24,065 nt of DNA from Halalkalibacterium halodurans (lineage in GTDB: Bacteria > Bacillota > Bacilli > Bacillales > Bacillaceae_D), in the NCBI RefSeq assembly GCF_004376175.1, contig NZ_SNUY01000054.1, forward strand, positions 1-24,065, written 5' to 3'. Below, piece by piece: positions 15,287-22,499 of the stretch (positions are counted from its first letter, which is position 1; each line of letters opens with the position of its first letter). The notes under the pieces are model-generated. The model ran no database searches, had not been told where the DNA came from, and worked only from the letters and a program-made list of their open reading frames with translations. The position numbers and the translations under genes were made by a program.

Positions 15287-18200
15287 GATACCGACACCGC
15301 CTCTTCCTTTTCTTGTCGAATGCCAACAATGAGTTGACCTGCATGCACTTCATCACCTGGTTTGACGTAAATGTTGTCGATATAGCCGTCACATGTTGCC
15401 TGCTGAGGAAATTCCATTTTCATGCTTTCTTCGATTAACACCGTTTCGCCCTTTTTAACGAATTGACCAGGCTCAATTAGCACTTTCCAAACACTTCCCG
15501 GCATGGAGCAACGAACACCGACAACTCCCTGAGGAAGCTCTTCTTCTTCCTTTTCAACAATTGTATCCTGCTCTGAGATGTACTCCGCAAGACCTTGTTT
15601 CTTCCAGCTTTCGCGCTCAGCTCTAAACGCATCCTGCTGCTTCTTACGGAACACAGTGATTTCTTCCTCAATTGACGCTAAAAAGGCTAAATAATCCCCC
15701 AGTTTAAAAGTCGTTTCGGTAATATCTACTTCAAAGCGGCCACGCGGGAAATCTTCACGGAGCTTAAGCAGCTCATCGGCACTTACTGGGTAGAACTGAA
15801 TTTGATCAAAGAAACGAAGCAGCCATGGCTTACCTTCTTCAAAGTTCTTTGTTGAATGAAGCTTATTCCACATTTGAATCGTCCGACCGACAAACTGATA
15901 TCCGCCAGGGCCTTCCATTCCGTAGACACACATATACGCGCCACCGATTCCAACGGCATTTTCCGGAGTCCAAGTACGTGCCGGATTGTATTTTGTTGTG
16001 ACAAGACGGTGGCGCGGATCGATTGGAGTCGCCACTGGAGCTCCTAAATACACATCACCTAAGCCCATAACTAAATAGTTTGCATTGAATACGACATCTT
16101 TTACTTCATCTAAATTGTTCAAACCGTTAATGCGGCGGATAAATTCCAAGTTACTTGGGCACCACGGTGCATCTGGACGGACATTTTTTTGATAGCGATC
16201 CGTTGCAAGCTGTGTCGCTGGATCATCCCAAGATAACGGAAGCTTAACGATACGAGATGGCACTTCAATTTCCTCAAGCGGCGGCAGCTGGCTGTCGAGC
16301 TCCATTATTTTCACTGCGGCTTCTTGTACGGTTGTTTTCGTTCGGTCAATATGAACTTGTAACGAGCGAATCCCCGGTGTTAGTTCAATGTACGGAATGT
16401 CACCGCAATCTTTAATCGCATCCATTAAGACATGAGCTTGAAAACGAAGCAATAAATCAAGCTCCATGTCTCCGTATTCAACAAGTAGATATTCATCGCC
16501 TGAGCAGCGAATCGTCATCGGGAATCGTCTGTTTTCCTCCTGTGCCAAAATCGGATAATTGGAATCAATCTCTCTTTTCTCTGGCAGCACACTCTCGACA
16601 CGGACATTCGTTCTTTTTCCTTCGCCAATCGCCATTAATTGCTTTTCCTGCTCCTGCCTGAGTTCGTTCGCATCATCAAGAGTTAACAGTTTAAAACGGA
16701 TTGTATCACCTGGATGCAGCTGTCCAAGCTTCCAGAATTCAGCCGATGCCGTTGTGACGGGACAAACGAAGCCCCCTAAGCTCGGGCCATCCGGGCCTAG
16801 TAAAATCGGCATATCTCCTGTTAAATCAAGCGTTCCAACAGCATACGCATTATCATGGATGTTCGATGGGTGCAAACCCGCATCTCCGCCATCTTCGCGC
16901 GTCCACTTAGGCGCAGGTCCAATTAAACGGACACCCGTCCGAGAGCTGTTAAAATGTACGTCAAAGCTTGTTTCCGTTAATTGCGTTAAGTATTCCGGTT
17001 CTAAAAACTCCTCCGTACAATGCGGACCAGGAATCACACCGATCGTCCACGTATTCGTCATTCTTGGTCGTGAAGGAAGATCAAGCTCATTTATTTCAAC
17101 TGGCTCCACTCCACCGTTAACGTTTAACACATCGCCAGGACGTAGAGCACGACCACCATGACCGCCAAAACCGCCCAATGTAAACGTTGCGGCACTTCCG
17201 AGAGTAAGCGGCATATCAAAACCGCCGGCAACCAATAAGTAGCTGCGCATCCCTATTTTCGCTTCTCCGAATTCAAGCACTTGACCTTTTTTCGCTAAAA
17301 TCGGCTGATACAGTGGAACATTTTTTCCATCTAAATGGGCGTCCATGTCAGCCCCTGTCAGGCAAAACCAAATATCATTTCTAAATTTGTACGAACCACC
17401 GCGTAATGTCAGCTCAAGTCCTGGTGCCGTGTCATCGTTGCCAAGTAGTTTATTCCCCACTCGGAATGAAAGTGGATCCATTGGGCCGCATGGCGGAACT
17501 CCAACATCCCAGTAACCAGTTCTTCCAGGGAAATCTTGTACTGTCGTTTGCACACCGCCATCCAAGACTTCAATTGCGTGTTCTGCTGGCTCAAAGTCAT
17601 TTAACATTCGGGTATAGACGCGACCTGCTCGACACTCTTCGTTTAGTAATAACGCTTGCAAATATTGCAGGTTCGTCGTGACCCCGTAAAACCGTGTTTC
17701 TTCTAACGCTTGGTGAAGCTTGTTTATCGCATCTTCGCGATTATTACCGTGAACGATTATTTTCGCCAGCATCGGATCATAAAGCGAAGTCACCGTGACA
17801 CCGTCACGTAGCCATGTTTCAACACGAGCTTTCTTCGATAGTACAACTTGATCTACTTGCCCAGCACTTGGCCGGAAGTTTTGTAGGCAATCTTCTGCAT
17901 AAATACGCGCTTGAATACTATGTCCTGCTGGCTGCTGCACAAGTGACGGTAAATCCTTCAATTCATTTGCCGCTTCTTTCACCATCCATTCCACTAAGTC
18001 AACGCCTAACACTTCTTCTGTAACACCATGCTCAACTTGAAGTCTCGTATTCACTTCTAGGAAGTAGAACTCCTCCGTTTCAGGGTCATATAAAAATTCG
18101 ACCGTACCCGCACTACGGTAACCCACCTCTTCAGCCAAGCTCTTTGACGCGGCAAACATTTTTTCTCGCACGGAAGCGGATAGATTAGGAGCTGGACTTT

Positions 18201-18918
18201 CCTCAATTACCTTTTGGTTTCGGCGCTGAATCGAGCAGTCACGCTCTCCCAATGTGACGACTTCCCCTAAAGCCGTTCCGAAGATTTGTACTTCCACATG
18301 ACGCGCTTTTGCAATATATTTTTCTAAAAAGAGTCCGCCATTATTAAAGTTTGTTTCAGCAAGATGACGAACCCCTTCGTACGCTTGTCTTAATGCCTTC
18401 TCGTCTTCACAAACACGCATACCTATTCCGCCGCCGCCCGCAGTGCTTTTTAAAATAACAGGGTAGCCAATTTTTTGGGCTTCCCGGAGCGCTTCATCTA
18501 ATGCTGTCAATAAATTCGTACCTGGCAGCAACGGGACGCCCGCTCTCATTGCAATTTCACGAGCCGAGTGCTTCAACCCGAACATCTCCATTTGCTCCCC
18601 AGTTGGTCCGATAAAGGCAATGCCCTTTTCCATACAGGCACGAGCGAAATCAGCATTCTCACTTAAGAAGCCGTAGCCTGGATGAATCGCTTCAGCCCCC
18701 GTTTTTACGGCTGTTTCCAAAATAAGCTCAGCATTTAAATAACTATCTTTTGCCGGGCCTTCTCCGATTAGCACGGCTTCATCAGCATGCTCGACATGGA
18801 GGCTGTCCTGGTCAGCTTCTGTATAGACAGCAACCGATTTCACCCCTAATTTTTTTAATGTTCGCTCTATTCGAACCGCAATAGCGCCGCGGTTTGCGAT
18901 TAAAACTTTCTTAAACAT
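15283..18918 (-). CDS. Urea-carboxylase-family biotin enzyme, predicted guanidine carboxylase (given the ykkC leader)
   Basis: This is a 1211-aa protein. It has an N-terminal biotin carboxylase domain (KVLIANRGAIAVRI, ATP-grasp GGGGIGM), a central KipA/KipI-like carboxyltransferase region, and a C-terminal biotinyl domain (ESMKMEF). Confidence 0.95.
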   Translation of the reverse strand: MFKKVLIANRGAIAVRIERTLKKLGVKSVAVYTEADQDSLHVEHADEAVLIGEGPAKDSYLNAELILETAVKTGAEAIHPGYGFLSENADFARACMEKGIAFIGPTGEQMEMFGLKHSAREIAMRAGVPLLPGTNLLTALDEALREAQKIGYPVILKSTAGGGGIGMRVCEDEKALRQAYEGVRHLAETNFNNGGLFLEKYIAKARHVEVQIFGTALGEVVTLGERDCSIQRRNQKVIEESPAPNLSASVREKMFAASKSLAEEVGYRSAGTVEFLYDPETEEFYFLEVNTRLQVEHGVTEEVLGVDLVEWMVKEAANELKDLPSLVQQPAGHSIQARIYAEDCLQNFRPSAGQVDQVVLSKKARVETWLRDGVTVTSLYDPMLAKIIVHGNNREDAINKLHQALEETRFYGVTTNLQYLQALLLNEECRAGRVYTRMLNDFEPAEHAIEVLDGGVQTTVQDFPGRTGYWDVGVPPCGPMDPLSFRVGNKLLGNDDTAPGLELTLRGGSYKFRNDIWFCLTGADMDAHLDGKNVPLYQPILAKKGQVLEFGEAKIGMRSYLLVAGGFDMPLTLGSAATFTLGGFGGHGGRALRPGDVLNVNGGVEPVEINELDLPSRPRMTNTWTIGVIPGPHCTEEFLEPEYLTQLTETSFDVHFNSSRTGVRLIGPAPKWTREDGGDAGLHPSNIHDNAYAVGTLDLTGDMPILLGPDGPSLGGFVCPVTTASAEFWKLGQLHPGDTIRFKLLTLDDANELRQEQEKQLMAIGEGKRTNVRVESVLPEKREIDSNYPILAQEENRRFPMTIRCSGDEYLLVEYGDMELDLLLRFQAHVLMDAIKDCGDIPYIELTPGIRSLQVHIDRTKTTVQEAAVKIMELDSQLPPLEEIEVPSRIVKLPLSWDDPATQLATDRYQKNVRPDAPWCPSNLEFIRRINGLNNLDEVKDVVFNANYLVMGLGDVYLGAPVATPIDPRHRLVTTKYNPARTWTPENAVGIGGAYMCVYGMEGPGGYQFVGRTIQMWNKLHSTKNFEEGKPWLLRFFDQIQFYPVSADELLKLREDFPRGRFEVDITETTFKLGDYLAFLASIEEEITVFRKKQQDAFRAERESWKKQGLAEYISEQDTIVEKEEEELPQGVVGVRCSMPGSVWKVLIEPGQFVKKGETVLIEESMKMEFPQQATCDGYIDNIYVKPGDEVHAGQLIVGIRQEKEEAVSVS

Positions 18919-18984
18919 CTAAAAACCTCCACTCTTTTTATCTATAGGGAGAAGATTCCAAGAAAACCTCCCTCTCAGAAAATG

Positions 18985-19635
18985 TTATTTTTCCCAGATT
19001 AGTACTCGTATCGGTGTCGGATTGTAAGCATTACAAGGGTTATTTAACTGTGGACAATTACTAATTAACGCTGTCGTACGGCATTCTGCTTTCATTTCAA
19101 CGTAACGATTTGGACCCGATACTCCATCTTCGAATGTGAGACCTCCCTCTGGTGTAACAGGGACATTCATAAAAAAGTTAATGTTCGGTGCTAAATCCCG
19201 CTTCGTATAATTGCCGTCGTATTTTGCCATTTGCAGCATGAACGTATCGCGGCAATTGTGCATAGGCAGCGTGTCATGTGCGTAACGAACAGTATTACTT
19301 TGGGCTGAACACGCCCCGCCTAATGTATCATGGCGGCCACATGTATCAGCGACAATCGTCATTAATCGTTTCCCCGATTCTGCTCTAAGGATCGACCCTG
19401 TTGATAAATAAATATTTTTTTGCCCGACAATCGTCGCCACAGCACTATAATGATCATCTGGATTCTCAGCATCAAAAAATAACGTGTCCGCTGCTTGATT
19501 TCCCTCTAAGTCCTCAATTCGAAGTACTTGCCCCGGCTCTATTTCACGCATCCAGCCATCTCCTGCTTGAATAACCTCACTATAAATCGCTTCTTCCACT
19601 TTGCGCTCGCTTTCAACTCGATTAAAAACAGCCAT
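18985..19635 (-). CDS. Urea-carboxylase-associated DUF1989 protein (candidate carboxyguanidine deiminase subunit)
   Basis: This is a 216-aa paralogue of the upstream gene. The shared pattern is ...D(T)LGG...S..., NCRDTF versus the [24 protein letters not shown] blocks. It holds the conserved position between the riboswitch and the carboxylase. Confidence 0.85.
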   Translation of the reverse strand: MAVFNRVESERKVEEAIYSEVIQAGDGWMREIEPGQVLRIEDLEGNQAADTLFFDAENPDDHYSAVATIVGQKNIYLSTGSILRAESGKRLMTIVADTCGRHDTLGGACSAQSNTVRYAHDTLPMHNCRDTFMLQMAKYDGNYTKRDLAPNINFFMNVPVTPEGGLTFEDGVSGPNRYVEMKAECRTTALISNCPQLNNPCNAYNPTPIRVLIWEK

Positions 19636-19647
19636 GTGATCTCCTCC

Positions 19648-20358
19648 TTATTTCATTAATGTTTCGTATTCCCAAGTATTTTCAAAAGCACGACGGTTTT
19701 CAGGGCGGAAATTCAAACAAACATCATCTTCTGTGACTTCATCAGCTTCCACCACTTCAATCGTGACTGGAACAGACGGATACGTCGTTCTAGGATCTAG
19801 CGGGTTTGGCGTGTTTGATAGGAGAACAAGCAGATCCATCTCCGTTCTCAATGTAACCGTTGCTCCTTTTGGACAATGGCCAAGAACATAATTCATATCT
19901 CCTGCCTCATCACAGAACACTTTAGAAAATAGATTTACATTCGGAACGAAATCTCTCTTTCCTAACCCATTTCGCACAAGCTCTACTAAAAAATTTTCCT
20001 GCCCGCTGCGGTACCATTCATTACGTAACTTTTGATATGTTGTTTTTCCGTATTTATCATCTGTCAATTCTCTCGTTGTGTAACCAGAGATGGAATCATG
20101 CCAGCCAAGTGTGTCATCGACAATACTCGCCATCACCCGACCGTTGTCACTCATAAGAACATGCCCTGTTGTTAAATGAGAGGTATGCTGCGCTTTTAGA
20201 GTATCCGGCATATTGTAGCGCTCGCTTGTATCGTTCGGATTATAGAGCAACAGAGAAAGATTTGCGCCTTCCTCAAGTGCGGTAAATCGCACTTGCTTCC
20301 CTTTACTAATCACACCCGACCATTTTCCTCCTGCAGGAATCGTTTTAGTCCAGTTCAT
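19648..20358 (-). CDS. Urea-carboxylase-associated DUF1989 protein (candidate carboxyguanidine deiminase subunit)
   Basis: This 236-aa protein is the first gene after the riboswitch. The RBS GGGAGG lies 8 nt before the ATG. It is a paralogue of 18985-19635. Confidence 0.85.
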   Translation of the reverse strand: MNWTKTIPAGGKWSGVISKGKQVRFTALEEGANLSLLLYNPNDTSERYNMPDTLKAQHTSHLTTGHVLMSDNGRVMASIVDDTLGWHDSISGYTTRELTDDKYGKTTYQKLRNEWYRSGQENFLVELVRNGLGKRDFVPNVNLFSKVFCDEAGDMNYVLGHCPKGATVTLRTEMDLLVLLSNTPNPLDPRTTYPSVPVTIEVVEADEVTEDDVCLNFRPENRRAFENTWEYETLMK

Positions 20359-20384
20359 TTCTATTTCCTCCCTGTTTGAAATGA

Positions 20385-20428
20385 TAATAAAAAAGGATAA
20401 AAGCCTGGGAGAAGTCTCCCAGGCTTTT
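20385..20428 (-). terminator. Riboswitch expression-platform terminator
   Basis: The stem pairs aaaagcctgggaga (20399-20412) with tctcccaggctttt (20415-20428). On the minus strand it is followed by AUCCUUUUUUAUUAU. The 5' arm is shared with the conserved 3' block of the aptamer. Confidence 0.8.
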
Positions 20429-20512
20429 ATCCTTCCGTGTAATACAGATTATCTGTACCGCTCTCTCTCGGACCAGGCTTGATGATTCATTCATCAACGG
20501 AACCCTAGATAG
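20415..20512 (-). promoter_or_regulatory. ykkC: Guanidine-I (ykkC) riboswitch aptamer
   Basis: The minus strand reads CUAGGGUUCCG-UUGAUGAAUGAAUCAUCAA-GCCUGGUCCGAGAGAGAGCG-GUACAGAUAAUCUGUAU-UACACGGAAGGAUAAAAGCCUGGGAGA. All the conserved ykkC blocks are present in order: CUAGGGUUCCG, GGUCCGAGAG and ACACGG(A/C)GGGAUAAAAGCC(C/U)GGGAGA. Confidence 0.9.
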
Positions 20513-20565
20513 CTTTTTCGTCCTCAACGCTTTGCGAGAACCTTTATTCGATTAACTTAATTCGA

Positions 20566-20594
20566 AGTATAAAACACAATGAATCCGGCAACAA
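20566..20594 (-). promoter_or_regulatory. Candidate sigma-A promoter of the guanidine operon
   Basis: On the minus strand, TTGTTG (-35, 20589-20594) is followed by a 17-nt spacer and TATACT (-10, 20566-20571). The promoter lies about 45 nt upstream of the riboswitch 5' end. Confidence 0.5.
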
Positions 20595-20600
20595 GGAGTT

Positions 20601-20617
20601 TGTTAGAAAATGTTACA
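20601..20617. promoter_or_regulatory. TnrA/GlnR box upstream of the guanidine-operon promoter
   Basis: TGTTAGAAAATGTTACA is a perfect match to TGTNAN7TNACA. It lies 6 bp upstream of the candidate -35, with its centre about 50 bp from the inferred TSS. Confidence 0.65.
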
Positions 20618-20751
20618 CAGTTTTCTCCAAAAAAACAAGCAGCGGATTTTCCTAGAAGCCATGTGCAAAGCCGATACGATTTTTGCACTTGACTGATTTA
20701 AGCGTGTAACGCATGGAGACTATGCCTTTCCCCTCTTCTATTAAAAAAGCG

Positions 20752-20768
20752 TGTCAGGTTATATCACA
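20752..20768. promoter_or_regulatory. TnrA/GlnR box upstream of the permease promoter
   Basis: TGTCAGGTTATATCACA is a perfect match to TGTNAN7TNACA. It lies 6 bp upstream of TTGAAT. Confidence 0.65.
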
Positions 20769-20774
20769 CATAAG

Positions 20775-20804
20775 TTGAATTCATTACGAATTTCATACAA
20801 GAAT
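20775..20804 (+). promoter_or_regulatory. Candidate promoter of the APC permease gene
   Basis: TTGAAT (20775-20780) is followed by an 18-nt spacer and AAGAAT (20799-20804). The -10 is weak, as expected for an activator-dependent promoter. Confidence 0.35.
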
Positions 20805-20905
20805 TAACTCCATAATCATTTCAAAAATTGGCGAAACAAAATCATTATCTTAGAAAAATTTTAAAGAAGTAGTCGTAGTTATTATCAAAAGGAGCTGGTT
20901 AAAGC

Positions 20906-22273
20906 GTGCGGAAAGAAACAGATTTAAAAAGAACGTTAACCTTGTTTCAAGTTGTCATGCTTGGTCTTGCATGGAATACCCCGATGATTTATTTTTCTGT
21001 TTTTGGTGTAGCGTATGAAGGTTCAAGCGGTTTTTTAACTCCCGCATACACACTAGCTGTCCTAGCTGTACTCTTTACAGGGGCGAGTTATGCTGTTATG
21101 GCGAAAAAAATACCGATTTCAGGATCAGCTTATACGTTTGTCAAAAAAACAATGAACCCGAAGCTCGGTTTTATCGCAGGCTGGATTTTACTATTTAACT
21201 ACCTTTTTGCACCGATTATTGCTTGCATTACGTTTGGAATTTTTCTGAATGCCCAATTCCCGCAAGTACCACCATATGCATGGATTATCGGATTAACACT
21301 ACTCCTCGCTCTTATTAGCATTGTAGGAGTCAATTCTTCAGCGAACATTAGCAGCTTCTTCGTTTTATTGCAAATTATCTTTATTGTCGTTTTCTGCGGC
21401 TTTATGATTAAAGGTTTGATTAACGGTACAGGTGAAGGAACACTTGTATCAATGGAGCCATTTATCAATAGCGACATGTCGCTCTCTGTTGTTTTAGCAG
21501 GCGCCTCCATCGTCATCTTCTCTTTCTTGGGATTTGATACGATGACGACTTTGTCAGAAGAAACAATCAATCCGAAGAAAACGATCCCGCGTGCCATCTT
21601 TATTATGATTGGGATCGTCGGTATTCTCCATGTCTGTACATCTTATTTTATTCAATTAATTGTCCCGAATTTTACATTTCAAAACCCAGATTCAGCTGCT
21701 TTAGAATTAGTTAATATCGTAGGCGGCAGCCTGCTAGGCTCCATATTCATTACCGTCTTAATTGCCGCCATTTTCACGCAGGGATTGGCTTCCGTCACAG
21801 CTGTTTCAAGGCTTCTGTACGTCATGGGGCGCGACTCAATGCTACCGAAAAAATTCTTCGGCTATGTTCATCCTAAATATAAAACACCAGTGTTAAATAT
21901 TATTTTTTCATCCGTCATTACACTATCAGCGATTTTTATCTCTGTTGATGCCGCCCTTCGCTTTGTCAATTTTGGGGCGCTCACAACTTTCTTCTTTGTC
22001 AACCTATGTGTCATCACCATGTACGTTAAGAACAACGAGCAGCGCAACCGCTCCATTAAAGGGATTGTAACTTACTTACTGTCACCGCTGGTTGGCGCCG
22101 CCTTTATTACTTGGCTCCTATTCTTATTAGACTTCACGACGTTAATTGGTGGATTCATCTGGATCGCACTCGGCATGCTCTATCTTATGTTCTTAGCGAA
22201 AGGGGGTAAACGACCGTTTCCACAATCTCAGGCAGAACAAGTAGAGGCCGTAGAAGAGAAAAAAGCGATTTAA
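20906..22273 (+). CDS. APC-superfamily amino acid/polyamine/organocation permease
   Basis: This 455-aa protein has about 12 hydrophobic segments and an APC-type N-terminal pattern (LTLFQVVMLGLAWNTPM...SGSAYTFV). The GTG start lies 11 nt after GGAG. It is divergent from the guanidine operon. Confidence 0.9.
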   Translation: MRKETDLKRTLTLFQVVMLGLAWNTPMIYFSVFGVAYEGSSGFLTPAYTLAVLAVLFTGASYAVMAKKIPISGSAYTFVKKTMNPKLGFIAGWILLFNYLFAPIIACITFGIFLNAQFPQVPPYAWIIGLTLLLALISIVGVNSSANISSFFVLLQIIFIVVFCGFMIKGLINGTGEGTLVSMEPFINSDMSLSVVLAGASIVIFSFLGFDTMTTLSEETINPKKTIPRAIFIMIGIVGILHVCTSYFIQLIVPNFTFQNPDSAALELVNIVGGSLLGSIFITVLIAAIFTQGLASVTAVSRLLYVMGRDSMLPKKFFGYVHPKYKTPVLNIIFSSVITLSAIFISVDAALRFVNFGALTTFFFVNLCVITMYVKNNEQRNRSIKGIVTYLLSPLVGAAFITWLLFLLDFTTLIGGFIWIALGMLYLMFLAKGGKRPFPQSQAEQVEAVEEKKAI

Positions 22274-22311
22274 CTTTTTCAGGTGAAGAATTATATATTC
22301 AAATAATAAAA

Positions 22312-22376
22312 GGACTTGTCCCGTAAAGGCTGATTTTCACCCTTTACGGAACAAGTCCGAAGTTGTTTCCTTCTTT
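22312..22376 (+). terminator. Terminator-like hairpin after the permease gene
   Basis: ggacttgtcccgtaaagg (22312-22329) pairs with cctttacggaacaagtcc (22341-22358) at 17/18 bp. The following sequence is the T-rich GAAGTTGTTTCCTTCTTTT. The opposite strand also has a T-run. Confidence 0.5.
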
Positions 22377-22499
22377 TAAAAAACTGTTTGCCACCTCAAG
22401 TTGTATAAAACTATATGGAAGTAAGCAAATACCAACTGATTACTTCGATTATAGGGCTATACCGCTCCTATTCAACAAAATAATGTAAAACTGATAACT

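Noticed and set aside
16559-17161. 200-aa plus-strand ORF antisense to the carboxylase gene, and similar ORFs at 14087-14415 and 17406-17681
   Set aside because: They are nested antisense in well-supported long genes. Their serine/proline/arginine-rich composition has no motifs.
20345-20527. 60-aa minus-strand ORF (MRTKKLSRVPLMNESS...)
   Set aside because: It lies entirely over the ykkC riboswitch aptamer and its terminator. It has no RBS, and its sequence is explained by the RNA element.
20610-20696. 28-codon small ORF (MLHSFLQKNKQRIFLEAMCKADTIFALD) with AAGGAG 11 nt upstream
   Set aside because: Its start codon sits inside the TnrA box, and its apparent RBS overlaps the -35 region of the opposite-strand promoter. 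It is more simply explained as regulatory DNA, and there is no supporting similarity.
20851-20866. AT-rich quasi-palindrome tagaaaaattttaaag considered as a CodY box
   Set aside because: Only about 9 of 15 positions match AATTTTCWGAAAATT in the best register, and the central C-W-G is missing.
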